Shown one piece after another: positions 51,865 to 61,747 of a stretch of 64,000 nt of DNA. The notes under the pieces were generated by a model. It saw nothing but the letters and a program-made list of their open reading frames with translations. It had not been told where the DNA came from and did no database searches. Made by a program: the position numbers and the translations under genes. The stretch spans positions 1,759-65,758 of the forward strand of contig JACUUX010000005.1 of assembly GCA_014859105.1 (NCBI GenBank), in the 5' to 3' direction. Positions within the stretch are counted from its first letter, which is position 1, and every line of letters begins with the position of its first letter. The DNA is from Nitrospirota bacterium (GTDB lineage: Bacteria; Nitrospirota; Thermodesulfovibrionia; Thermodesulfovibrionales; SM23-35).

Positions 51865-52410
51865 ATAGCTAATCGAAGACGAGTATTGCCCGGTAGGGTT
51901 GTCGATCGGACTCGCGTAAACGACCAGATCCGGATGATTAAAGCCAAGAAAATACGGGTCGTTGCCGATGAAGGGCAGATTGGCATCATAGATATTGAGT
52001 CAGCACTGAAGTTGGCCGGGGAACGAGATCTGGATCTTGTAGAAATCAGCGCCGATGCCGATCCGCCGGTCTGTAAGATCATGGACTACCAGAAGTTCAA
52101 GTTCAATAAGGGCAAGAAACTTCAGAAGTCAAGAAAAAAACAGGCGACGCTAACCCTCAAAGAAATCAGGATGCGCCCGTTGATTGGCACCCATGATTAC
52201 GAGTTCAAGAAGCTTAATGCGAGGAAGTTTATCGGGCATGGGGACAAGGTTAAAGTGACAATCCGTTTTAGAGGGCGAGAATTGAATCGCCAGGAACTGG
52301 GGGAGAAGGTTCTGAACAGGTTAGCTTCAGAACTAAAAGATATTGCAAAAGTGGAATTACCGCCGAAGATGGAAGGCCGCCAGATGGTGATGATTCTCAT
52401 GGCCTTGTAA
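51865..52410 (+). CDS. infC: translation initiation factor IF-3 (start ambiguous: ATA 51865 or TTG 51886)
   Basis: RVNDQIR...VRVV.DEG, DLDLVEIS..ADPPVCKIMDY, LKEIRMRP, ITIRFRGRE. AGGAG lies 9 nt before ATA 51865. No SD precedes TTG 51886. Confidence 0.85.
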   Translation: MANRRRVLPGRVVDRTRVNDQIRMIKAKKIRVVADEGQIGIIDIESALKLAGERDLDLVEISADADPPVCKIMDYQKFKFNKGKKLQKSRKKQATLTLKEIRMRPLIGTHDYEFKKLNARKFIGHGDKVKVTIRFRGRELNRQELGEKVLNRLASELKDIAKVELPPKMEGRQMVMILMAL

Positions 52411-52510
52411 GTCCCTTGATAGGTTTTTTGGATTCGCTCACTCTATGATAATAGATTAGCATCAGGTTCTTTCGTGCTATATCAAATATGCTTATTTTAA
52501 GGAGAATGCT

Positions 52511-53941
52511 TTGAAAGAAAGGGATATTTTTGAAGAGATTATAGAAATAGGCAAAAGGCGCGGAAAACTTACTTATGATGAGATAAACGATGCTGTTCCC
52601 CCGGAATATTTTTCCCCGGAAGAGTTAGAAGAACTTATGGACCTTCTGCACGATATGGGCATTGAAGTTGTAGATGAACAGGAGACTGAAAATGCTGAAG
52701 AAGTCTTAGCTTCTGAGGATGAAGAGGAATATGCTGAAACTGAGGATATTGTTCAAACATATTTCCATTCGATGTGGAATATTAAAATACTTACAAGGAA
52801 TGAAGAAATAGAGCTTGCGAAAAAATTAGAGGAAGGAAAAGAGATTATTAAAGGGATAGTTACGGCGCTGCCTTTATACAAGCAAGTCGAAGTAAGTTTA
52901 AATGGTAAAGACGAAGAAGATTCGGACTATTCAGAGGAAGAAAAAGCCGATGAAGCTCTGGAAATGAGCTTGAAAGTGCTTGACAATCTTCTGTTGAAAG
53001 TAGAAATTGCAGAAAGAAAGATTGCAAGATATGGGACTTTAAAAGATTTAAAAAAAATAATAAATCAAAAAAAGAAACAAGATATCAATTCCATACAACT
53101 TAATACCATTGCAAAAGAAGTTCAGGATGAGTATAAGCGGGTTGCATCAGAGGTTGGGATCAAGATTGATGAATTGAAAACGAAGTGGGAGAGAATAACC
53201 AGGGCAAGAACCCTTATTAGTGAAGCAAAGAATGAATTGGTAACCCGGAATCTGAGATTAGTAGTCAATCTTGCCAAGCATTATATTGGAAGAGGTCTTT
53301 CCTTTCTTGACCTCATTCAGGAAGGCAATATCGGTCTTATGAAATCTATAGATAAGTTCGACTATAAAATGGGATTCAAATTCAGCACCTATGCAACATG
53401 GTGGATAAGACAAGGAATAACGAGGGCATTAATTGATCAGGCAAAGACTATCAGAGTTCCTGTACACATGATGGAATTTTATAACAAAGTTACCAAGGCT
53501 TCCAGAGAACTTATATCGTATCTTGGAAGACAACCGAGCAAGGATGAAATTGCCAAAAAATTGGAAGTATCAAATAGAAAAATCGAGGAAGTATGCAGGG
53601 CAATACAGGATACAATAGCTCTTCAAACTCCGGTAGGAGATGATGGTTCAACAATTGAGGAGTTTATTAGTGACAAAGAAAGTCCTTCTCCATACTCTAA
53701 TGCAGAACAAAATGATATCACTGAGAAGATGTTAGAGATTTTGCAGACCCTAACCCCAAGGGAGGAGCAGATAATAAGGATGAGATTTGGTATTGGGGTT
53801 GATAGAGGCCAAACCCTTGAAGAAGTGGGAAGACATTTTTCCATCACACGAGAAAGGGTAAGGCAGATAGAAGCGAAAGCCATGAGGAAACTCAAACATC
53901 CAAGTAGGCTCAGAGCACTAAGGGCCTTAAATACCGCTTAA
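52511..53941 (+). CDS. second RpoD-like (group 1/2) sigma-70 factor
   Basis: Acidic N-terminus, [26 protein letters not shown], region 4.2 RERVRQIEAKAMRKLKHP. TTG start follows GGAG. Confidence 0.85.
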   Translation: MKERDIFEEIIEIGKRRGKLTYDEINDAVPPEYFSPEELEELMDLLHDMGIEVVDEQETENAEEVLASEDEEEYAETEDIVQTYFHSMWNIKILTRNEEIELAKKLEEGKEIIKGIVTALPLYKQVEVSLNGKDEEDSDYSEEEKADEALEMSLKVLDNLLLKVEIAERKIARYGTLKDLKKIINQKKKQDINSIQLNTIAKEVQDEYKRVASEVGIKIDELKTKWERITRARTLISEAKNELVTRNLRLVVNLAKHYIGRGLSFLDLIQEGNIGLMKSIDKFDYKMGFKFSTYATWWIRQGITRALIDQAKTIRVPVHMMEFYNKVTKASRELISYLGRQPSKDEIAKKLEVSNRKIEEVCRAIQDTIALQTPVGDDGSTIEEFISDKESPSPYSNAEQNDITEKMLEILQTLTPREEQIIRMRFGIGVDRGQTLEEVGRHFSITRERVRQIEAKAMRKLKHPSRLRALRALNTA

Positions 53942-53978
53942 TTATATATTTTATACAATAAAATTCCTTGATTTATGT

Positions 53979-54179
53979 ATGGAAATAGGTAAACATATGT
54001 TGATTCTCCTGACCATTAGCATAACTTTTCTTGCTTGCAGTTCTGAAGTCAAGAAAGGGTTACCTCCTCTAAAGGTTGTTACTTTCGTTTATCTAAACCG
54101 GTACGCTGGAACATGGCATGAGATCTCCCGCTATCCAAACCGCTTTCAAAAAGGATGCGTTGGAGAACCCAGGTGTTGA
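53979..54179 (+). pseudogene. truncated bacterial lipocalin (Blc-like) N-terminal fragment
   Basis: Lipobox FLAC, then YLNRYAGTWHEISRYPNRFQKGC (the Blc signature), stopping after 66 aa. Full-length Blc-type lipocalins are much longer than 66 aa. Confidence 0.55.
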
Positions 54180-54285
54180 CAGAAATAATAAACCTCACCT
54201 GTAAGTGAGGCTATATGAACTGGGAAATAACGCACTAAAAGACGCACATGCAATAAAAAAATTTATGAGATAACAGATAGTGTAA

Positions 54286-55233
54286 ATGCAAAAGATTAAA
54301 ATCGGAATAAGTACTTGTCTTCTCGGCGAAAAAGTCCGGTATGACGGGGAACACAAGCTTGATAGGTACATAACGGATACACTCGGTCATTATTTTGAAT
54401 GGGTTCCGGTATGTCCAGAAGTAGAATATGGTCTTCCTGTGCCGAGAGAATCAATGCATTTAATCGGTGATCCCGCCTCACCTCGTATTGTAACGGTAAA
54501 AACTGGCGTTGACCATACCGAGGGCATGAAAGAATGGGCTGGAGATAAATTAAGACAGCTTGAAAGAGAGGATCTCTGCGGTTTTATTTTCAAGAGTAAG
54601 TCGCCAAGTTCCGGGCTAAGCGGTATAAAAGTCTATACTCCTTCAGGGATGCTAAGAAACAGGGGAACAGGCATATTTGGTGGAGCATTCATGCGTTATT
54701 TTCCACTCATCCCGGTTATAGATAATGGAAGGCTACATAATCCGACCCTGAGAGAAAACTTCATAGAACAGGTCTTTCTATATAAACGATGGAAAGAATT
54801 TCTGAAGAATGGCATCAAAATCAGGGATCTAATTGCATTTCATACTAATCTCAAACTTTTAATATTATCTCATAGCCCAAAACATTACAGTACCCTCGGA
54901 AAACTTGTTGCTCAAGCAAAAAAATATCGGCCTGATGTGCTCTATTCTGAATACATAAGGATATTGATGGAGGGGGTGCGTATTCTTGCCACGATCAAAA
55001 AGAATACAAATGTGTTACTGCATATAGCTGGATATTTCAAAAAACAGCTAACGTTGGAGGACAAAAGGGAATTGCTTGAAGTTATCGAGCAATATCACAA
55101 AGGGTATATACCTTTAATAGTCCCGATAGTCCTTATTAATCACTATTTGAGAAAATTAGATGAATCCTACCTAAAGAATCAATTCTATCTGAATCCTCAT
55201 CCCGTAGAATTAATGCTTAGAAACCATGTTTAA
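54286..55233 (+). CDS. YbgA-like protein (DUF523 plus DUF1722)
   Basis: N-terminal IGISTCLLGEKVRYDG...CPE, with a helical C-terminal half. Confidence 0.7.
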   Translation: MQKIKIGISTCLLGEKVRYDGEHKLDRYITDTLGHYFEWVPVCPEVEYGLPVPRESMHLIGDPASPRIVTVKTGVDHTEGMKEWAGDKLRQLEREDLCGFIFKSKSPSSGLSGIKVYTPSGMLRNRGTGIFGGAFMRYFPLIPVIDNGRLHNPTLRENFIEQVFLYKRWKEFLKNGIKIRDLIAFHTNLKLLILSHSPKHYSTLGKLVAQAKKYRPDVLYSEYIRILMEGVRILATIKKNTNVLLHIAGYFKKQLTLEDKRELLEVIEQYHKGYIPLIVPIVLINHYLRKLDESYLKNQFYLNPHPVELMLRNHV

Positions 55234-55953
55234 GAAAAAATACCGCTCCTAACCCGATGCTAAAGCCAGCAATGAAAAGAAAAAGTCCAACGATATCAAT
55301 CCGGGAAAAAACTTTATTGTTCCAAATGCCTGAGTAAGCAAATAACTGTTCCATATTTCAGATAAAATTATATCAAGTAATAGCCAAATGAGCCAGCGTT
55401 TTGAGCTAACAGGGTTGTTAGTAGAAACTTAGTTTATCTGAAGTTCCTCGATTCTTCACAATATAAGATTATAGCTTCGTATCGCACAGCCGAGGAAATC
55501 CCAAAAGATATTCAGAATAACCGTCTTATCTAAAAACAGGTCGATCTTCTTAATCCAGTAAGCGCAGGGAACTTTTTACAAGGTCCTTAAATATGATTTA
55601 TCTCATACATTCTTTAGGAGCAAAGAATTGTGAACAGCTCGATATAAAGCTTCCAAAATTCTGCGGGCAATGCTGCCAGGCAAGTCGGCATTAAAAAGAT
55701 CCTATACCTTGGTGGTATCGTTCCTGACAGCCGGAATGCATCTTCTCGGAATGAAAAATCTTATAATCCGAATTCCTCTTTTTGCCGAATATCTATCCGC
55801 CCTATGGATACAATTGATAACCGGTTTGATCAGCGAGAATAAAAAGCTGAGCTTCTAGTAATTCTTTGGTTAAATTTACAGGCAAATAGAATAATGTAAT
55901 ACTTTAAATAGTCAGTATAATATATTGATTTTATGTAATTTAATTACTTGATC

Positions 55954-55988
55954 ATAGATATGGCCGGCATTATGCCGGCCATATCTAT
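55954..55988. terminator. perfect 17-1-17 palindrome just 3' of the lipoprotein gene
   Basis: ATAGATATGGCCGGCAT-T-ATGCCGGCCATATCTAT. Confidence 0.5.
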
Positions 55989-56001
55989 ATGCTTGAGTGG
56001 A

Positions 56002-56616
56002 CTATTGTATCTGGAAGGATGTTTCCCTGGAGTCGCTTAATGTAGGCCCTTGAACAGTCATGATGACACTATATTTGCCTTTTTTTGCATCCATAGGCAA
56101 CGTTAGAGGAATGCTCGAGGAATAGGTACCGTCGCTGCGTGAAACACTGATCTGAGGTTTGCCGTACATTTCGCCCTCGTATCTGATTTCGCGGGTTTCT
56201 GAGATCTCCAATTCCTTGCCAGGCGCAACACCCAACACCGCATAGGTCATCTTCATCTCTACCTTATCTCCTGGTTTGGCCACAGAAGGGCTGACGGAAA
56301 CGTCTTCGATTCTGATCAGCGTCCCCTCTGATGGCTTGTAGTCATATTGTTGCGCTGTTTCCTCTTTGGTCTTTTTCTTATCATAAGCATAGTGTCCGAT
56401 TGCCCCTCCTGCAAGTGCCCCGAGAAGGCCACCTACCACTGCCATCTCTGTCTTGGCCCCTTCTGAGCCCAATAATGCCCCGGCTACTGCTCCTGTTGCT
56501 GCACCGATTCCAGCTCCGGTTGTTGCGCCCTTGTGTTCTTCAGGAATGGACGCACAGCCAAAAACCCCGATAAGAAACGTCAGAATAACCGCCACGGAAA
56601 TAATTTTTCGATACAT
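56002..56616 (-). CDS. glycine-zipper lipoprotein
   Basis: Lipobox VFGC and Gly-zipper TGAGIGAATGAVAGALLG...GGLLGALAGGAIG. Visibly GC-richer than its surroundings. Confidence 0.7.
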   Translation of the reverse strand: MYRKIISVAVILTFLIGVFGCASIPEEHKGATTGAGIGAATGAVAGALLGSEGAKTEMAVVGGLLGALAGGAIGHYAYDKKKTKEETAQQYDYKPSEGTLIRIEDVSVSPSVAKPGDKVEMKMTYAVLGVAPGKELEISETREIRYEGEMYGKPQISVSRSDGTYSSSIPLTLPMDAKKGKYSVIMTVQGPTLSDSRETSFQIQ

Positions 56617-56651
56617 AATTCATCCTCCTTTCATGATTTTAAGGTTTATTC

Positions 56652-56727
<76 letters not shown>

Positions 56728-56898
56728 AAGTCTTATTAAAATAGCACATTTTTATATTCCATTGTCAATGTTATTAAAAATGGCTGGAACCCCTGAAATG
56801 AACTACCCCGCATCTGAGCTTCGATGAATTTTTTGATTAAATCCAGGTCACAGAGCTTGCATCGACAACAAAATAAAGTTTATGATTACCAGACTTAC

Positions 56899-57273
56899 AT
56901 GATTTATGGTATTGGCATAGACATCGTTAGAATTCAGAGGATAAAAGATGTAGTGGAGAAATGGGGAGAGAGTTTTCTTAAGCGGGTATTTACAGAAAAC
57001 GAGATTCGTTATTGTTACATGAAGAAAAATCCCTATCTCTCGCTTGCAGTCCGATTTGCAGCAAAAGAGGCCCTTATTAAGGCAATAGGTTCTGACATCC
57101 CGGTTTCTTTTACTGAAATTGAAATTATAAACAGAGATAAAGGAATCCCTTCAGTAGAAATTCATGGAAGACTCGGAGATTTTCTGCAAGAGAAAGCAGT
57201 TAAAAAGATACATCTAAGTCTAAGTCATGAACATGATTATGGTGTTGCCTGTGTGGTTCTTGAGCACTATTAA
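56899..57273 (+). CDS. acpS: holo-ACP synthase
   Basis: MIYGIGIDIV..RI opening, FAAKEA, SLSHE. Confidence 0.9.
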   Translation: MIYGIGIDIVRIQRIKDVVEKWGESFLKRVFTENEIRYCYMKKNPYLSLAVRFAAKEALIKAIGSDIPVSFTEIEIINRDKGIPSVEIHGRLGDFLQEKAVKKIHLSLSHEHDYGVACVVLEHY

Positions 57274-57306
57274 CTCAGTTTATTCTAAAATATTAACAAA
57301 AACCGT

Positions 57307-58185
57307 TTATATTTTGATCTCCGAGCCAATGCCTTCTCTTGTGAATATTTCGAGGAGCAAAGAGTGATGGACTCTCCCATCAACAATATGAGTTTTTGCA
57401 ACCCCGCCTTCTAATGCCTTCAAACAAGCCTGGACTTTGGGAAGCATACCACCTGAAATCGTCCCGTCATCTATGAGCTTCTTTATCTTATTTTTTCTGA
57501 GTGAAGGAATTATTTTATTATTTTTACCCATGATACCTGAAACATCCGTAAGGAGTATTAACTTTTCGGCTTTCAATGCTGATGCTATTGATGCAGCGAC
57601 ATAATCAGCATTAATATTAAGTGTCTCTCCTTTTGGACCTACTCCTATAGGTGATATAACAGGGATAAAACCATCTTTTTTTAAAGAAACCAATATATGA
57701 GGGTCAACATGTGTTACTTCTCCTACAAGACCTATATCGATTATCTCATTAATGCCCGTCTCAGCAGATTTTTTTATTACTTTCTTCTTCGCTTTTATCA
57801 GTCCTCCGTCTTTTCCACTAAGACCTACTGCTTTTCCACCGAGGTTGTTTATCATAGAGACAATCTCTTTGTTGACAAGGCCACCGAGAACCATTTCTAC
57901 TATATCCATTGTCTCCTTATCGGTAACACGCTGGCCCTGAATAAAGGTAGCTTTTTTGCCCATCTTCTCCATTGTGGCGGAAATCTTAGGCCCCCCGCCA
58001 TGAACAATTGCAGTTCTTATACCTATGAAATTAAACAAGACTATATCCTTGGCAAAAGACTCCTTAAGTTCATCCTTTACCTGTGCCGAACCCCCGTATT
58101 TAATAACAAATGTTTTACCAAAAAAATTCTTAATATAAGGCAAAGCCTCTATCAATATCTCTGCTTTAGTAATGATATCTTTCAT
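57307..58185 (-). CDS. argB: acetylglutamate kinase
   Basis: VIKYGGSA, VHGGGP, NINAD. Start at ATG 58185. Confidence 0.9.
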   Translation of the reverse strand: MKDIITKAEILIEALPYIKNFFGKTFVIKYGGSAQVKDELKESFAKDIVLFNFIGIRTAIVHGGGPKISATMEKMGKKATFIQGQRVTDKETMDIVEMVLGGLVNKEIVSMINNLGGKAVGLSGKDGGLIKAKKKVIKKSAETGINEIIDIGLVGEVTHVDPHILVSLKKDGFIPVISPIGVGPKGETLNINADYVAASIASALKAEKLILLTDVSGIMGKNNKIIPSLRKNKIKKLIDDGTISGGMLPKVQACLKALEGGVAKTHIVDGRVHHSLLLEIFTREGIGSEIKI

Positions 58186-58207
58186 TTCATGCTCCACTAA
58201 TTTCCCC

Positions 58208-58789
58208 TTACCCCTTCTCGAAACACGGAATGCACACAATATTCCCGTTTTTCACCCTTGCCTTTGGCTCCATCATTTTTTCATTGCAAATAGTACATCT
58301 AAGACTCGGATAAATTCTTGCCTCTTCGGGCAGACTCATTTTGCCTCTTGTTATCTTACAAAGTTCCTCATCCTTTATATTAAGTATAGCCTGAATCTTC
58401 TTTGCTTTTCTGTTATGGACAGCCCGGACAACTTTCTGAGAACGGTCTCCTTTCATATACCTGTCCCACATGTTCTTTTCTTCATCCGTCTCTTCAGGGG
58501 GATTCCAATCAACAGAAATCCTTATCCCTTCACCTGAAGGTCTTTTCATAAATGTATAGACCTGCTTTCCGTAATCTTTAAAAATCAGATTTCCCTTGCC
58601 GAAGGTACATCCTGTAACTACCTGGACTGCATCGACCGCACATGAATTGTTTTCAACAATCGCAACGAGTTCTTCATCAGATGCCCTCTTCCCGATTTCC
58701 TTCAGGGCAAGTATAGCTACCCTGTAGCCGAGTGCAAGTCCGGGGCATGTATGGCCGTGAAAATCAACAACGTCCTTGAAAGTTTTCAT
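58208..58789 (-). CDS. FmdE/FwdE-family protein with a C-terminal zinc ribbon
   Basis: FHGHTCPGLALGYR and a C-terminal CxxC...CxxC. Confidence 0.75.
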   Translation of the reverse strand: MKTFKDVVDFHGHTCPGLALGYRVAILALKEIGKRASDEELVAIVENNSCAVDAVQVVTGCTFGKGNLIFKDYGKQVYTFMKRPSGEGIRISVDWNPPEETDEEKNMWDRYMKGDRSQKVVRAVHNRKAKKIQAILNIKDEELCKITRGKMSLPEEARIYPSLRCTICNEKMMEPKARVKNGNIVCIPCFEKG

Positions 58790-59236
58790 CAGAGATGATT
58801 TTAACTCAAAATAAGGAAATTTTGTAAATCAATTTAAACATATAAAGTTTCAGCCCAGATTATGCATAAATTTTCCGTCGTTTATTAATATTTTGTGAAT
58901 TAACTGGGTTAGCAATAAAGGTGGATCGAAAAATAAAGAATATCCTGATAACAAATCAGCCTGAATAGGCAAAACAGCATCAGGCTATGTTAGTGTTAGC
59001 AATAGAATATTATGATCAGAGAAGATGGATGAAGCAGCCGGACCCGATCATAAGATGCTGCCCTTGGCCCGAATTGAGCGGTTCTTTTCACAAATCAATA
59101 ACAGCAAAGAGGGCTGTCCTACTCAAAAGGTGAGAGCTTCAAGCCCGCAGGACGGGCGTCTAGCCTGTCTCTGTGGCATTATATAAGGTAATAAATCGCT
59201 CAATTTAATATAATAAGTGTTATAATCAATCAAGCA

Positions 59237-61147
59237 ATGTTCAAGAAGGCAATTTGGATAGTCGTATCGATTATCGCAGCTGTTGCTCTCTCAGTGGTCG
59301 CAGGAATTATTACCCCCTCCGAAAAGATAAATGCATTGTGGCTTGTTACTGCTGCAGGATGTTTTTATATCATCACCTATAGATTTTATTCGTCTTTCAT
59401 TGCTGCAAAAATCCTTGTTATTGATGAACAACGGACTACCCCTGCAACAAAACTTTATGACGGGATTGACTATTATCCTACAAACCGGTGGGTGCTATTC
59501 GGCCATCATTTTGCCGCTATAGCAGGCGCAGGGCCATTAATAGGCCCTATGCTGGCTGCCCAATTCGGCTATCTGCCCGGATTCCTCTGGATTCTGGTAG
59601 GTGCAGCTCTCGGGGGTGCTGTACATGACATGGTCATACTCTTCGCCTCTGTGAGAAGAAATGGCCATTCGCTCGCACAGATAGCAAGAGAAGAAATCGG
59701 TCCTGTAGGAGGCATTGCTGCAGCACTGGCAATACTTTTCATAATAATCGTTGCCCTTGCAGGTCTCGGGCTTGCTGTAGTTAATGCCCTGTCAAAAAGC
59801 CCGTGGGGGACATTCACTATTGCACTTACAATCCCTATAGCATTATTCATGGGAATATACCTGTATCGTTTAAGACCCGGGAAAATTGCGGAGGTAAGTG
59901 TAATAGGCGTTACCCTTCTCCTTTTAGCTGTTTTCACAGGCCATTATATCCCCGGTTCTTTTCTTGATCCTGTCTTTAACCTCACCAGAAATAATCTCAT
60001 ACTTTCAATCGTTATTTATGGCTTTGTGGCCTCCGTACTCCCGGTCTGGATGCTCCTCGCTCCAAGAGATTATCTGTCAACATATATGAAGATAGGCACA
60101 ATTTTACTCTTAGCCATTGGAGTGATTATAATATCACCCGATATACAGATGCCCGCAGTTACAAGATTTGCTGAGGGCGGGGGGCCTATCATACCGGGGA
60201 AATTGTTCCCTTTTATGTTCATTACGATTGCATGCGGTGCTATATCGGGTTTCCATGCCTTAATCTCATCGGGGACTACCCCGAAGATGATCATGAATGA
60301 GAGAGACATACGATTTATAGGATATGGTGCAATGCTCATGGAAGGATTTGTAGCCGTCATGGCTCTTATTGCTGCAACGATACTGATACCTGGTGATTAT
60401 TTTGCTATAAATACCAAATTGCCTGCAGATGCCATATCGGCTCTGGGATTTCCTGTAGAGAGGATTAACGAACTTTCAAAACTTGTTGAAACGGATGTCT
60501 CAGGGAGACCCGGCGGAGCAGTTTCACTCGCCGTTGGGATGGCTTCAATTTTTTCAAGTATTCCCGGTATGAAGGGCATGATGCCTTACTGGTATAATTT
60601 TGCATTGATGTTTGAAGCACTTTTTATCCTGACGACAGTAGATGCAGGGACAAGGGTTGCAAGATTCCTCCTTCAGGAACTCGGAAGCCATGTATATAAA
60701 CCTTTATCAAAAACGGGCTGGCTTCCGGGAAATATCTTTACAAGCCTTCTTGTTGTCATGTCATGGGGTTATTTAATATATTCAGGAAGTATTTCTACAA
60801 TCTGGCCGATGTTCGGTCTTGCAAACCAGCTCCTGGCAGCAATCGCTTTCGGGGTAGGCACTATGGTTATCGTAAAATCCGGGAAAATAAAATATGCCTT
60901 GGTAACTTTCATCCCCATGCTATTTATGTTTTCAACAACACTCACAGCCTCATGGCAATTAACGGTAATGTTCAGAGAAAAGGCAACATGTGCCTTATCA
61001 CAGGCAGAATCGCTCACTTTCAAGATAGACGCCTTCCTTGTTGTTTTGATGGCAGCACTGGCAATCACTGTATTATTAGATTTTCTCTATAAGCTTTACC
61101 TGAATCTTTCAGGAAGGGCCGAAGCAGTCAAAAACTACAGGCGTTAA
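59237..61147 (+). CDS. cstA: carbon starvation protein A family transporter
   Basis: 636 aa, polytopic, [22 protein letters not shown]. Confidence 0.9.
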   Translation: MFKKAIWIVVSIIAAVALSVVAGIITPSEKINALWLVTAAGCFYIITYRFYSSFIAAKILVIDEQRTTPATKLYDGIDYYPTNRWVLFGHHFAAIAGAGPLIGPMLAAQFGYLPGFLWILVGAALGGAVHDMVILFASVRRNGHSLAQIAREEIGPVGGIAAALAILFIIIVALAGLGLAVVNALSKSPWGTFTIALTIPIALFMGIYLYRLRPGKIAEVSVIGVTLLLLAVFTGHYIPGSFLDPVFNLTRNNLILSIVIYGFVASVLPVWMLLAPRDYLSTYMKIGTILLLAIGVIIISPDIQMPAVTRFAEGGGPIIPGKLFPFMFITIACGAISGFHALISSGTTPKMIMNERDIRFIGYGAMLMEGFVAVMALIAATILIPGDYFAINTKLPADAISALGFPVERINELSKLVETDVSGRPGGAVSLAVGMASIFSSIPGMKGMMPYWYNFALMFEALFILTTVDAGTRVARFLLQELGSHVYKPLSKTGWLPGNIFTSLLVVMSWGYLIYSGSISTIWPMFGLANQLLAAIAFGVGTMVIVKSGKIKYALVTFIPMLFMFSTTLTASWQLTVMFREKATCALSQAESLTFKIDAFLVVLMAALAITVLLDFLYKLYLNLSGRAEAVKNYRR

Positions 61148-61747
61148 TTATTCCTTCTCTTTTTTTAATTCTTTTTTTTCATATTCCCTGATTTTTGCCT
61201 TTAAATCTTCTGCATTTTTTCTTTCCTGTTCTAAATGTAACTTTAATTTATCCCTTTCTTCCATCGCCTCTTTTAAAGTCTTCTCCTGCATCTCTATCTT
61301 CTTCTTAAGTTCTTCAATCCGGATTTTAAAGGCATCATTTGTTTCTGCAGTTTCACTTATTTCAGGTTCTTTATGTGTTTCGATATGAAACTTCTTTATC
61401 TTCTCCAATTCCTCATCAACAAACGGAAGGAACGGACTTTCAGGAAACTGCTTTTTCATATAAGAGAAGATTTCTTTGGCCTCCACAAAAGATTTCGTCT
61501 GAATCAAAGATTTAGCAAGCCAGAACATTGCAGCGTCCTTAGCAGAACTGTCAGTAAATTCAGCGAGGAATGTTTTGAAGTCTTTTATTGCCTCTTCAGG
61601 CCTGTAAGAGATATAGTTTTCGTAAGCCTTATCAAAAAGCTCCAATTCACTGAAGGAAGCATCAATGTCTGTTAAAGAAAATAATAAAACGTAAAACAGT
61701 AAAATTAATATTAATCCTTTTGTATCTTTACAGAAGCCTTTTCCCAT
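61148..61747 (-). CDS. membrane-anchored TPR-like / coiled-coil protein
   Basis: N-terminal TM segment, a YbgF-like helical repeat region, and a K/E-rich coiled-coil tail. Confidence 0.5.
   Translation of the reverse strand: MGKGFCKDTKGLILILLFYVLLFSLTDIDASFSELELFDKAYENYISYRPEEAIKDFKTFLAEFTDSSAKDAAMFWLAKSLIQTKSFVEAKEIFSYMKKQFPESPFLPFVDEELEKIKKFHIETHKEPEISETAETNDAFKIRIEELKKKIEMQEKTLKEAMEERDKLKLHLEQERKNAEDLKAKIREYEKKELKKEKE

Noticed and set aside
57697-58200. 167-aa ORF antisense to argB
   Set aside because: It lies opposite a strongly supported acetylglutamate kinase CDS and has an implausible composition.
59020-59060. Possible SRP (4.5S) RNA because of GAAGCAGCC
   Set aside because: The surrounding sequence lacks the GGAA/GNAR tetraloop helix-8 context (no GGUCCGGAAGGAAGCAGCC-type hairpin or matching 3' strand).
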